Made by a program: the position numbers and the translations under genes. This document shows positions 1-11,087 of a DNA stretch of 64,000 nt, in pieces. The notes beneath the pieces were generated by a model that was not told where the DNA came from, did not search any database, and saw only the letters and a list, made by a program, of their open reading frames with translations. The stretch is from Candidatus Poriferihabitaceae bacterium (GTDB taxonomy: Bacteria > Pseudomonadota > Gammaproteobacteria > Arenicellales > Poriferihabitantaceae), in contig OZ243931.1 in the NCBI GenBank assembly GCA_965214055.1, positions 1,169,186 through 1,233,185 of the forward strand, in the 5' to 3' direction. Within the stretch, counting starts at the first letter, position 1; the number at the start of each line of letters is the position of its first letter.

Positions 1-1
1 A

Positions 2-490
<489 letters not shown>

Positions 491-498
491 AATCCCCC

Positions 499-1218
499 TT
501 GCCCACCGCGATTCGACTCTCAAAACTGATGGCCGAACGAGGCCTGTGCTCCCGCCGGGAAGCCGACCGCTATATCGAAATGGGAGGAGTCAGGGTGGAT
601 GGGGCCGTTGTCTCCGTATTGGGGACCCGGGTCTTTCCGCACCAGGAAATTACCCTGAGCCCGGAAGTGACCCACCTCCAGGCCGCCTTGGCGACGGTGG
701 TGATCAACAAGCCACCCGGCTATGTGTCCGGCCTGCCGGAAAAAGGCTACCCGTCTGCGGTCATGCTGGTGAAAAGCGGCAACCGCCAGAACAGGCGCGA
801 GGCGGTGCCCTCCAGGGCGGGGCTCGCCCCGGCTGGTCGGCTGGATATCGATTCGACGGGGCTCATCGTCTTTACCCAGGATGGACGAATCGCCCGGCAA
901 CTGGTGGGTTCCGACCATCACATGGAGAAGGAATACCTGGTTCGATTTAACGGAAAAATCGGAAAAAACGCGCTGGACCTGCTTCGCCATGGTCTCAGCC
1001 TGGACCAAAGGGAATTGAAACCGGCGGATGTCGTGGTGCTGAAAGACAATCTGCTGCGCTTTGTCCTGACAGAAGGCCGCAAGCGGCAAATTCGCCGAAT
1101 GTGTCAACTCGTGGACCTGCAGGTCACCGGGTTGAAACGGATTCGTATCGGCAGGGTCCGGCTGGGAAATTTAAAACAGGGACAATGGCGCCTGCTCCGC
1201 CGGGACGAACGCTTTTGA
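499..1218 (+). CDS. RsuA/RluB/RluF-family rRNA pseudouridine synthase with N-terminal S4 domain
   Basis: The S4 motif IRLSKLMAERGLCSRREADRYI is followed by a PPGYVS...GRLDIDSTGLIVFTQDG catalytic Asp motif and KEY..V. The apparent start is TTG at 499. The stop overlaps the pyrD start (TGATG). Confidence 0.85.
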   Translation: MPTAIRLSKLMAERGLCSRREADRYIEMGGVRVDGAVVSVLGTRVFPHQEITLSPEVTHLQAALATVVINKPPGYVSGLPEKGYPSAVMLVKSGNRQNRREAVPSRAGLAPAGRLDIDSTGLIVFTQDGRIARQLVGSDHHMEKEYLVRFNGKIGKNALDLLRHGLSLDQRELKPADVVVLKDNLLRFVLTEGRKRQIRRMCQLVDLQVTGLKRIRIGRVRLGNLKQGQWRLLRRDERF

Positions 1219-2258
1219 TGTATTCCGCGCTCAGGCGCCTGTTGTTTCTCCTGGAAGCCGAACAAGGTCACGACCTGGTAATGGCGACACTGGCGCTGGC
1301 TTCCCGTTCAAAATCCATGTCCTCGCTTTGCGGTTTTCTCGGGGGAGGGAAACCGCCGTCCTGCCCGGTGGAAGTGATGGGCATCCCGTTCCCCAATCCG
1401 GTGGGCCTGGCCGCCGGCCTGGACAAGCACGCAAGGGCCGCCAACGCGCTGGGGGCCATGGGGTTTGGCTGGGTTGAACTGGGCACGGTCACCCCCCGGC
1501 CCCAGCCAGGCAATCCCCGGCCCAGGATGTTTCGAATCCCGGAGCATGAGGCCATTCTCAACCGCATGGGTTTCAACAGTGTTGGCCTGGAAATGTTTTT
1601 GAAACACTGCAAGGGAGCGGCCCCTCACCTGCTCAAGGGAATCAATATCGGCAAGAATGCAGCAACCCCCCTGTCCGGTGCGGTGGACGACTATCTCACC
1701 TGCCTGGAGGCGGTCTATCCGTACGCGGATTACATTGCCATCAACATTTCTTCTCCCAATACCCCGGGGCTGCGGGGACTGCACCAGGACGAGGCACTGA
1801 ACCAGCTGCTTTCCAGGCTGAACCACCGGCGCCGGGAACTTGCGGACTTCCATGGAACCCGTGTCCCTCTCGTCCTGAAGATTGCGCCGGATATCGGCAC
1901 TGGCGAAGTGGATGCCATCGCCAGCCTCCTGCGCCAGCACCAGATGGATGGAGTGGCCGCGACCAATACGACTGTTTCCAGAAACCAGGTCGAGTCGCAT
2001 TTTCTTTCCGGGGAACCCGGCGGACTGAGCGGACCACCGCTGCGCGAAAAATCAACCGCTGTGGTCGCCGCCCTGTACCGAAACCTGCAGGATGAAATAC
2101 CGATTATTGGAATCGGCGGGATTAACACTGCAGAGGATGCCATGGAAAAGTTCAGCGCCGGCGCAAAACTGGTTCAGCTGTATACCGGGTTTGTCTACCA
2201 CGGGCCCGGGTTGATCCGGGAAATCTGCCGGGAGCTGTCTTCCGGACAGAACCCCTGA
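1218..2258 (+). CDS. pyrD: dihydroorotate dehydrogenase (quinone), class 2
   Basis: MYSALRRLLF..., NPVGLAAGLDK, GFGWVELGTVTP, INISSPNTPGLR and IGIGGI are typical PyrD blocks. The start was trimmed from the ORF-track 1101 to the ATG at 1218, which overlaps the upstream stop. Confidence 0.93.
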   Translation: MYSALRRLLFLLEAEQGHDLVMATLALASRSKSMSSLCGFLGGGKPPSCPVEVMGIPFPNPVGLAAGLDKHARAANALGAMGFGWVELGTVTPRPQPGNPRPRMFRIPEHEAILNRMGFNSVGLEMFLKHCKGAAPHLLKGINIGKNAATPLSGAVDDYLTCLEAVYPYADYIAINISSPNTPGLRGLHQDEALNQLLSRLNHRRRELADFHGTRVPLVLKIAPDIGTGEVDAIASLLRQHQMDGVAATNTTVSRNQVESHFLSGEPGGLSGPPLREKSTAVVAALYRNLQDEIPIIGIGGINTAEDAMEKFSAGAKLVQLYTGFVYHGPGLIREICRELSSGQNP

Positions 2259-2375
2259 CTGGAGGGCTTTCGCACCTGCCCGGGGGATGAAACCAGAAAC
2301 AGCGGCCAAGTATCGTCCTGGCCCCGGGCCACGTGCTCCATGCGGTTGTGGAAATTCAGATGTGGGCCCTCTTTA

Positions 2376-3000
2376 CCCCTGAACACTTCACCGAGCAAAT
2401 CGAGTGGGATCCCTTGCCCCCAAAGGGTTGGGGCCGGATTCAGGGTGTACCGCTTATGGCAACATTGATGGTCCGTCCCCATGGACCGCGATTGCTGGTC
2501 ATCTCCCGGGAAATCGTCCGCAAGAACATCCCAACCGGCGCATAAATCTGGTATCTTTTTGCATCGGGCCGGGCAAACACGGTCCGGACGCAGTCAAAAT
2601 CGTGGATAACCGCGGGATCGAGAACCTGAAAATTGTGGGGTTGCCCGAATGAGCCAGCTTTCCAGGAGTGTTGTTGCATCCGCCCCTGAACACTTCACCG
2701 ATCAAATCGAGTGGGATCCCTTGCCCCCAAAGGGTTGGGGACGGATTCAGGGTGTACCGCTTATGGCAACATTGATGGTCCGCCCCCATGGACCGCGATT
2801 GCTGGTCATCTCCCGGGAAATCGTCCCGCAAGAACATCCCAACCGGCGCATAAATCTGGTATCTTTTTGCATCGGGCCGGGCAAACACGGTCCGGACGCA
2901 GTCAAAATCGTGGATAACCGCGGGATCGAGAACCTGAAAATTGTGGGGTTGCCCGAATGAGCCAGCTTTCCGGGAGTGTTGTTGCATCCGCCCCGAACAC
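2376..3000. repeat. tandem direct duplication, 2 copies of a 307/308-bp unit, bounded by the short direct repeat CCCC(T)GAACAC
   Basis: Hand alignment of 2376-2682 against 2683-2989 gives about 5 substitutions and 1 single-base indel. The motif gaacacttca is at 2381 and 2688, and gaacac recurs at 2995. The atgagccagctttcc motif is at 2649 and 2957. Confidence 0.9.
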
Positions 3001-3363
3001 ACCTCAGCTTGCGTCTCGAATCATGGTCTCCCCGGAGTTGATTGCACAATTATGCACACGCTGGTGCACCCGGGAAAGGGCTCTTTTTGGTTCGGTTCTT
3101 GCACAGCGGTTTGTACCAAAATCCGGTTTTGCAAGTCCTGAAGATCATCGGCGAAGCCGCTCCCGAATCCGCACGATACCAAAACAGCTCATCCGTGAAC
3201 CGGCACGCTGGATAATTCCCTGTCCCGGATTGCAGGCTGGCTAATGAAATTTGCCAATTGATGACCGACAACAGATAATCGGTGTCCAACCGACGTGGAA
3301 GTGTCTGAATCCCAGGCAGAAAATGCGGTTGTTGAACTCAACATGAAAATATGAGGAATGATT

Positions 3364-4716
3364 ATGAATCGTCCATTAAGTAACGCCGCACTGTTGCAGA
3401 AAGACCATCAGCATATGATTCATCCCCTGCACCATACCGCCGGCCATGCCGATGGCAGGGTCTGGACGAAAGGGGAAGGCTCGCATTTGTACGATGCGGA
3501 CGGAAACCGGTATATTGATGGCCTGTCCTGTTTATGGAATGTCAGTGCCGGTCACGGGCGCCAGGAACTGGCAGATGCTGCCCACCGGCAAATGACGGAG
3601 ATGGCGTTCTGTTCAAGCTATGCCGGCGGCTCAAATCGCCCTGCCATCGAACTGGCAGAACGTTTGTCCACGATTGCCTACCCGAAAATCAACAATTTTT
3701 ATTTCACTTCGGGAGGGGGAGAGTCCACGGACAGCAATATCAAGCTTGCGCGGTTTTACTGGAAAGCGAGAGGCAAACCGGAAAAGGTGAAGGTCATTGG
3801 CCGGGACTGGGGATATCACGGAGTCACCTTCGCCGCCATGTGCGCCACCGGCATCAAGGGATACTGGCCGATGTTTGAGCCGAGGATACCCGGGTTCAGC
3901 CATATTGCCGCACCGGACCCCTATCACTATCCCGTGCCGGAAGACGGGACGTCACAGGGCATCGCCGCGGCCAATGAACTGGAGAAGGAAATCCTGGCCC
4001 AGGGCCCGGAAACGGTCTCCATGTTTATCGCGGAACCGGTGCAGGGGGCCGGTGGCGTCATTGTTCCGCCGGACGACTATTTCGGACGAATTCGTGAAAT
4101 TTGCGATGAGTACGATGTCCTGCTGGTCTCTGACGAGGTGATCACCGGTTTTGGCCGCACCGGGAAGATGTTTGGGCTGGAGCACTACGGCATTGAACCC
4201 GACCTCATACAGTTTGCAAAATCAATCACTTCCGGCTCTGTCCCCCTGGGAGGCATTGGCATGAGCGATGAAATTGCAGAAACCGTGACCTCCAGCAAAA
4301 CACCCTGGATGCACGCCTATACCTACAGTGGCCACCCCACCACCTGTGCAGTGGCCCTGGCGACCCTGGACATCATCGAAAGGGAAGACCTCCCCGGGCA
4401 GGCCGCAACAAAAGGGGAAGCCATGCTGAAAAAGCTCCATGATGCACTGGATGACCATCCCCATGTTGGAAACGTCCGCGGAAAGGGAATGATGCACGGC
4501 ATCGAGATCGTCCGGGACAGGCAAACCAGAGAGGCCTTTGACGCCGACTTTGGCCTGGGCCCCAGGCTGACAAAAGCATTAATGGATCGAGGGCTGTACA
4601 CGAGAGTGCGAAGCGAAGTCATTTGCAGCGCACCGCCTCTCACTACGGATGAGTCCACGCTGGATGAGATGGTTGGCATCTATCGGGATGCCATTGTCGA
4701 GGTGGTTGGGAGGTAA
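3364..4716 (+). CDS. class III (omega-type) pyridoxal-phosphate aminotransferase
   Basis: YFTSGGGESTDSNIKLAR, DEVITGFGRTGKMFG and FAKSITSGSVPLGG (PLP-lysine region) are present. GAGGA at 3353-3357 favours the ATG at 3364 over 3358. Confidence 0.85.
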   Translation: MNRPLSNAALLQKDHQHMIHPLHHTAGHADGRVWTKGEGSHLYDADGNRYIDGLSCLWNVSAGHGRQELADAAHRQMTEMAFCSSYAGGSNRPAIELAERLSTIAYPKINNFYFTSGGGESTDSNIKLARFYWKARGKPEKVKVIGRDWGYHGVTFAAMCATGIKGYWPMFEPRIPGFSHIAAPDPYHYPVPEDGTSQGIAAANELEKEILAQGPETVSMFIAEPVQGAGGVIVPPDDYFGRIREICDEYDVLLVSDEVITGFGRTGKMFGLEHYGIEPDLIQFAKSITSGSVPLGGIGMSDEIAETVTSSKTPWMHAYTYSGHPTTCAVALATLDIIEREDLPGQAATKGEAMLKKLHDALDDHPHVGNVRGKGMMHGIEIVRDRQTREAFDADFGLGPRLTKALMDRGLYTRVRSEVICSAPPLTTDESTLDEMVGIYRDAIVEVVGR

Positions 4717-4724
4717 CCGGTCCG

Positions 4725-5078
4725 TCACATGGATGCGCCATCCCCGACGGCAACGGGTTCGAAATCCAACGGGTCGACCCCCTCGACACAGCCGATATTG
4801 AACCCGTATTCGTCGGGGTTGCTCCTTCTTTGGTGGTGGGTATATATCCCGCAGACCCTGCAGAAGTAGTGTTTGGCCACCTGCGTGTTCCACTGGTACA
4901 TGCCGAGGTTTTCCCTGCCCCGGGTCACGGTGATGGCCGATAACGGGGCAGAGCCCATGATCGCCCCCTTGCGTTTGCACAGGGAACAGTTACAGCGCCG
5001 GAGATCTTCCAGCCCCCCTGGCAGGTCAATGCTCAACTCCACTGCGCCACAATGGCAGGATGCTTTTGTGATACTCAT
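4725..5078 (-). CDS. GFA-family (glutathione-dependent formaldehyde-activating / CENP-V-like) zinc protein
   Basis: Cys-rich blocks SCHCGAV, CNCSLCKRKG and FCRVCG are characteristic of GFA. The start was trimmed to MSITKASCHCG at 5078, although the longer ORF to 5153 remains possible. Confidence 0.75.
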   Translation of the reverse strand: MSITKASCHCGAVELSIDLPGGLEDLRRCNCSLCKRKGAIMGSAPLSAITVTRGRENLGMYQWNTQVAKHYFCRVCGIYTHHQRRSNPDEYGFNIGCVEGVDPLDFEPVAVGDGASM

Positions 5079-5156
5079 TATCTGGTTCCGGTTGGTGTTG
5101 GATGAAAGGGAACTGCGGACAACCCCGGTTCTGACTGGCCGGGCTGCCGGCATGGT

Positions 5157-6332
5157 CTAAAAGAAGGCCTGCAATCCCGTCTGGGCCCGGCCCAGTATCA
5201 GGGCGTGTATGTCGTGGGTTCCTTCATAGGTGTTGACGGATTCCAGATTACACAGGTGCCGGATGACATGGTACTCATCGGACACGCCGTTCGCACCGTG
5301 GATATCCCGGGCATTTCTGACAATATCCAGCGCCTTGCCACAATTGTTGCGCTTGACCAGCGACACATTTTCCACGGGGCAGGTGTTCTGGTCCATCAAC
5401 CGCCCTACCCGCAGGCAGGCCTGGAGTCCCAACGTGATTTCGGTCTGCATGTCGACCAGTTTTTTCTGTATGAGCTGATTGTTCCCCAGGGGACGGCCAA
5501 ACTGTTCCCGCTCAAGGGAGTAGTTGCGCGCGGCGTGCCAGCAGAACTCCGCCGCCCCCAGGACCCCCCAGGCAATGCCATACCGGGCCTTGTTCAGGCA
5601 CCCGAAAGGACCTTTCAGGCCTTCCGCATGGGGTAGCAGGCCGCTGTCGGGAACAAAGACGTCTTTCATCACAATCTCCCCGGTGACCGATGCCCGAAGG
5701 CTCATTTTCCCCTCAATTTTCGGCGTGCTGAGTCCGTCCATGCCCCGTTCCAGGATAAAGCCCCGAATGACCCCCTCCAGCTTGGCCCAAACCACCGCAA
5801 TATCTGCAATCGGGGAATTCGTGATCCATGTTTTGCTGCCATTGAGCCGATACCCTCCTTTCTCCCGGCTGGCCCGGGTTTTCATTCCTCCGGGGTCGGA
5901 CCCATGGTCCGGTTCGGTCAGGCCGAAACAGCCAATGCGTTCGCCGGTTGCCAGCCCGGGCAAATATTTTTTCTTCTGCGCCTCACTTCCATAGGAAAAA
6001 ATCGGATGCATCACCAGGGAGGACTGCACGCTCATTGCCGAGCGATATCCACTGTCCACCCGTTCTGTCTCCCGGGCAATCAACCCATAACAGACATGGC
6101 TCAGGCCGGCCCCTCCATACTCTTCGGGGAGAGTGCTCCCAAGCATGCCAAGTTCGCCGAACTGTTTCATGATGTCCGGGTCGAACTGTTCCTTCCGGTT
6201 GGCCTCAACGATTCCCGGCATCAACCGCTCCTGGCAAAACTCCCGGACACTGTCCCGGACCATGCGCTCTTCTTCCAGCAATTGTGATTCAAGATCAAAA
6301 GGGTCCTGCCATTGAAATGGGTAAGTCACCAT
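5157..6332 (-). CDS. gcdH: glutaryl-CoA dehydrogenase (acyl-CoA dehydrogenase family)
   Basis: The N-terminus [46 protein letters not shown], and the C-terminal [14 protein letters not shown] pattern match GcdH-type ACADs. Confidence 0.85.
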   Translation of the reverse strand: MVTYPFQWQDPFDLESQLLEEERMVRDSVREFCQERLMPGIVEANRKEQFDPDIMKQFGELGMLGSTLPEEYGGAGLSHVCYGLIARETERVDSGYRSAMSVQSSLVMHPIFSYGSEAQKKKYLPGLATGERIGCFGLTEPDHGSDPGGMKTRASREKGGYRLNGSKTWITNSPIADIAVVWAKLEGVIRGFILERGMDGLSTPKIEGKMSLRASVTGEIVMKDVFVPDSGLLPHAEGLKGPFGCLNKARYGIAWGVLGAAEFCWHAARNYSLEREQFGRPLGNNQLIQKKLVDMQTEITLGLQACLRVGRLMDQNTCPVENVSLVKRNNCGKALDIVRNARDIHGANGVSDEYHVIRHLCNLESVNTYEGTHDIHALILGRAQTGLQAFF

Positions 6333-6355
6333 CGTGTGCCTCCGAAGTGAGAACG

Positions 6356-7999
6356 TTATTTCCTGAAATTTCCGGAAAACGCGGCTTTGAGCAACAGCAG
6401 CAACCCCGCGGTCAGGGCCAGCCTGCCTGCCACCGGCATCGTCGTGATTTCTGCCGGGTCCGGGAGCAACAGGATTGAAATGCCCACCAGCCCCAGGCCC
6501 AGAACCGCGCCGATTGTGTTCCGGTGATTGGCCGCAACCTGGTGTTTCAGTTCCGTGATTTCGCGGTCACGGGTCTGTATGACCAGTTCGTCATTTTTCA
6601 GGCGATACATGAGCTGGTGCGTCAGGCCCGGAATTTCGGGTGCGAGGGTAAACAGGTTGGGAAGCTCCCTGCGAAAGGTCCGGATGGCCGCTTTCGGTCC
6701 AATCTGTTCGTTCATCCATTTTTCAAGAAAAGGTTTTGCGGTCTCCCACAGGTCCAGTTCGGGATAAAGCTGTCGACCCAGTCCTTCGATATTCAGGATT
6801 GTTTTCTGCAACAGTACCAACTGGGGCTGCACCGGCATCTGAAAACGGCGGGCGACACGAAAAAGGTCCACCAGAAAGACCCCGAACGATATTTCGGCAA
6901 TGGGCCGGGCGAAAATCGGTTCGCATACCGTGCGAATCGCCCCTTCGAAATCCTCGGCACTGGTGTCTGGGGGGACCCAGCCGGCACGGATATGCGCTTC
7001 GGCCACGCGATGATAGTCCCGATTGAAAAATGCCAGCAGGTTTTCCGCAAGATATCGCTTGTCAGCGGTGTTCAAGGTGCCCATGATTCCAAAATCCACC
7101 GCGCGATATTGTCCGGTTTCCGAGACAAAGATATTGCCCGGATGCATGTCGGCATGAAAGAACCCGTCACGAAAGGCTTGGGTAAAAAAGATTTCAACTC
7201 CGGCATGTGCCAGTTTTTTCATGTCGATTCCAGCGGCTTTGAGCGCATCAATGTCGCGGATCGGAATCCCGCGAATGCGCTCCATGACCAGCACACTGCG
7301 ACAGGTATGTTCCCAGTAGACCGTAGGAACGTAGACAAGGGGAGAGTTGCTGAAGTTGATCTTGAGCTGGCTGGCGTTTGCGCCTTCCCGCATCATGTCC
7401 AGCTCATCATGGATGGTCTTGTCGTAATTGGCAACGATCTCCCTGGGTTTGAATCGCCGGCCCTGGGACCAGTACCGATCTGCATAGCCCGCCAGGGCGT
7501 GCAACAGTTCCAGGTCGCGGTCAATCACCGGTTCAATGTCCGGCCGCAATACCTTTACGACGACCTCGCTGCCATCCTTCAGTTTGGCATAATGCACCTG
7601 GGCCACGGATGCCGATGCCGCGGACTCCCTTTCGAATTCATCAAAGTGTGCCTCAAGACCGTCGCCGTAGGCCTCTTCGATCATTTTCACCGCCCGGTCT
7701 CCAGAGACAGGAGGAACCTGGTCCTGAAGTTTTGTCAGGGCACTGGCGATATCCCCGGGCAACATGTCCGGCCGGGTGGACAATACCTGTCCAAACTTCA
7801 CGAATACCGGACCAAGTTCCTCCAACGCCATGCACAGGCGCTCGCCCCGCGGCCGGTCCCTGATTCGGCGCACCGGAATCAGTTTGAACAAAAACGCATA
7901 GGGTCGAAACAGGTGCAGCGCAGACACCAGCTCCTCCAGCCCATACCGGGTCAGTACCCGGGCAATACGAAGCAGATGAAACAGGTTTTTGATCCGCAT
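6356..7999 (-). CDS. ubiB: ubiquinone biosynthesis regulatory protein kinase UbiB (ABC1/ADCK family)
   Basis: [44 protein letters not shown] and [11 protein letters not shown] are present, along with C-terminal TM helices. The gene sits in a ubiE-ubiJ-ubiB operon context. Confidence 0.92.
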   Translation of the reverse strand: MRIKNLFHLLRIARVLTRYGLEELVSALHLFRPYAFLFKLIPVRRIRDRPRGERLCMALEELGPVFVKFGQVLSTRPDMLPGDIASALTKLQDQVPPVSGDRAVKMIEEAYGDGLEAHFDEFERESAASASVAQVHYAKLKDGSEVVVKVLRPDIEPVIDRDLELLHALAGYADRYWSQGRRFKPREIVANYDKTIHDELDMMREGANASQLKINFSNSPLVYVPTVYWEHTCRSVLVMERIRGIPIRDIDALKAAGIDMKKLAHAGVEIFFTQAFRDGFFHADMHPGNIFVSETGQYRAVDFGIMGTLNTADKRYLAENLLAFFNRDYHRVAEAHIRAGWVPPDTSAEDFEGAIRTVCEPIFARPIAEISFGVFLVDLFRVARRFQMPVQPQLVLLQKTILNIEGLGRQLYPELDLWETAKPFLEKWMNEQIGPKAAIRTFRRELPNLFTLAPEIPGLTHQLMYRLKNDELVIQTRDREITELKHQVAANHRNTIGAVLGLGLVGISILLLPDPAEITTMPVAGRLALTAGLLLLLKAAFSGNFRK

Positions 8000-8026
8000 A
8001 TCGGATTCCGGGTGTGAGGAATAATG

Positions 8027-8638
8027 CTAGGTGTTTTCTTCGAGAGAGTGCCGGAACGTTGAAATTCGCTGTTCCAGGCGATCCACATCCGCGCGCAATT
8101 CGTTCACCGAATGCCGGAATCTCTCCGCCGCCAGGGGGGTGGCCAGCATCTCTTTTTCTTCCTGAAGATATTCCGCCGTATTCTGCCTGGAAAGATCAGC
8201 GGACTCACGGGCCCATCTTCCCATTTCCCGCACGAGATTGCCTGCCTTGCGGGCGGGGGTGTCTCCAAGGTACCGGGCAACCAGCTCTTCCCAGTCCAGG
8301 TCCATCCGCGACAGGATTTTCTGGAACCGCTGTCCCGTTTCAACATCTCCTTCCATGGTGATCTGGGTGTCCGTCACCACCGTGCTGTCCAGCCCCGACA
8401 CCCCCAGTCTTGCGAAAGACAGTGCCGAACCGCGCAAGGTCACATCGGCCTCTCCGTCACCGGACTGACTGATCTCCAGGCCCTGGGGCCCGGGGCACAG
8501 ATAGAGCGTCATGTCCGGAGCGCTGCACTGCAAACACAGCGTTTTTCCCTCCAATTCACCCAGTTTTTCTGCCGTCTCCGGGTCGAGACTGAGCACTGTT
8601 TTCAGGGTGCGGTTGAGAAAATCAAAGAACGCGTCCAT
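8027..8638 (-). CDS. ubiJ: ubiquinone biosynthesis accessory factor UbiJ (SCP2 lipid-binding domain)
   Basis: Its position between ubiE and ubiB, its size (203 aa) and an SCP2-like N-terminal half with a coiled C-terminus are typical of UbiJ/YigP. Confidence 0.72.
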   Translation of the reverse strand: MDAFFDFLNRTLKTVLSLDPETAEKLGELEGKTLCLQCSAPDMTLYLCPGPQGLEISQSGDGEADVTLRGSALSFARLGVSGLDSTVVTDTQITMEGDVETGQRFQKILSRMDLDWEELVARYLGDTPARKAGNLVREMGRWARESADLSRQNTAEYLQEEKEMLATPLAAERFRHSVNELRADVDRLEQRISTFRHSLEENT

Positions 8639-8656
8639 CTCCCGGCCCTGTCCAGG

Positions 8657-9433
8657 CTAGAACTTGTACCCGACATGCAGGGCGACAATGCCTGCACTCA
8701 GGTTGTGGTATCTCACTTCGTCGAACCCGGCATCCTGCATCATCGTGCGGAGGGTTTCCTGGTCCGGATGGTTTCGGATGGACTCCACCAGATACCGGTA
8801 ACTTTCCTCGTCGTCCGCCACCAGCCGACCAATCCGGGGAATCCCCTGGAAAGAATAACAGTCATAGGCCTTGCCCAGCATCGGCAGTACCGGCTTTGAG
8901 AATTCAAGGACCAGTCCCCTGCCCCCCGGTTTCAGGACACGACACATGGAGGCCAGCGCTTTTTCCTTGCGTGTCACATTTCGTAACCCGAAACCGATTG
9001 AAACGCAATCGAACCCGTTGTCATCAAATGGCAGATTTTCTGCATCGGCGAGGAGATATTCAATGTTGCCGGCGTACCCGGCATCCATCATTTTGGCCTT
9101 GCCCAGGGCGAGCATGTCCCCGTTGATGTCCGTCAGAACCACCCTGCCGGCCCGGCCAACGATCCCCGCGAAATGCCGGGACAGGTCCCCGCTGCCCGCC
9201 GCCACATCCAGCACCGAGTCTCCGCTGCGCAGGCCGGACTGGGATACCGCAAAACGCTTCCAGAGCCGATGCACTCCCCCTGACATCAGATCATTCATGA
9301 GATCGTACCGCAATGCCACCGAACTGAATACCTCGCCCACCAGTGCCGCCTTGTCGGCCTCCTCCACAACCCGGTTGCCGAAGTCTGTCCGGCTTGAACC
9401 TGGCTGGTTCGAATTGTTTCTGGGTTCCGTCAT
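8657..9433 (-). CDS. ubiE: demethylmenaquinone / ubiquinone C-methyltransferase UbiE
   Basis: [29 protein letters not shown] and GFGLRNVT are present. The start was trimmed to MTEPR (9433), 10 nt after the upstream DUF971 stop. Confidence 0.92.
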   Translation of the reverse strand: MTEPRNNSNQPGSSRTDFGNRVVEEADKAALVGEVFSSVALRYDLMNDLMSGGVHRLWKRFAVSQSGLRSGDSVLDVAAGSGDLSRHFAGIVGRAGRVVLTDINGDMLALGKAKMMDAGYAGNIEYLLADAENLPFDDNGFDCVSIGFGLRNVTRKEKALASMCRVLKPGGRGLVLEFSKPVLPMLGKAYDCYSFQGIPRIGRLVADDEESYRYLVESIRNHPDQETLRTMMQDAGFDEVRYHNLSAGIVALHVGYKF

Positions 9434-9443
9434 GATGCCTGGA

Positions 9444-9812
9444 TCATGCATCCAGTTTTCGGGGTTTTCCGGCTTCATTCAGGCGATTCAGATATCGCTG
9501 CCAGTTTTCATCCTGGGATTTGCCAAGCCTGTACAGCGTGTCCCAGGAAAAGATGCCGGTGTCGTGCCCATCATCAAACACCGGTTTGATCGCGTAGTTC
9601 CCCACCGGTTCGATATTATCGATGTTGACGTCTTCCTTGCCGACCTGTAACACGTCCTGGCCTGGACCATGTCCCTGCACTTCAGCCGAAGGGGAATGTA
9701 CCCGCAGGTACTCGCAACTCATTTCAAAGGTTTCATCCCCAAACGAAACCGTCAGCATCCGGGTACGGCGGTTCAGGTTGATTTCCGTAGGTGTGTGCTC
9801 GCTCATGAACAA
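9444..9812 (-). CDS. DUF971 (gamma-butyrobetaine hydroxylase-like N-terminal domain) protein
   Basis: [17 protein letters not shown]...[31 protein letters not shown] is the DUF971 pattern. The gene is directly upstream of ubiE. Confidence 0.8.
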   Translation of the reverse strand: MFMSEHTPTEINLNRRTRMLTVSFGDETFEMSCEYLRVHSPSAEVQGHGPGQDVLQVGKEDVNIDNIEPVGNYAIKPVFDDGHDTGIFSWDTLYRLGKSQDENWQRYLNRLNEAGKPRKLDA

Positions 9813-10027
9813 ATCCGGTCGATGGTAAAGCGGCTATTGTACCTGAATGGAGCGAACCCGGTATGCGGTTGCTCCGCTGGCCATGGTGAACAACCGGTCC
9901 GTCCCTGCACCCGCCCGCAAAAAGATGCTCTTCCACGCTCCCGCTCCAGGGGCCTGAAATTCCGGGTCACCCGGAGAACCATTCCGTGGGAATCAGGGTA
10001 TTCGAGGGACCGACCCCGAGGGAACCA

Positions 10028-11056
<1,029 letters not shown>

Positions 11057-11087
11057 CTAGGGAGGTTTCATGGCCGCCGATTCCCTT

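Noticed and set aside
2649-2960. A 103-aa ORF fits exactly one repeat unit and could be a real small gene.
   Set aside because: I did not annotate it as CDS. I recognise no family or motif in it. Comparably long ORFs exist on the opposite strand. The equivalent frame in copy 1 is broken. It is kept only as part of the tandem-repeat finding.
6524-8017. There is a 497-aa ORF antisense to ubiB. Similar long antisense or alternative-frame ORFs occur at 520-1107, 8111-8899, 28801-29211, 46879-47790, 53343-54182, 57963-59228 and 62606-63319.
   Set aside because: These are shadow ORFs typical of GC-rich DNA. They have low-complexity Arg/Gly/Pro-rich translations and no recognisable motifs. Each lies opposite a gene with strong family signatures.
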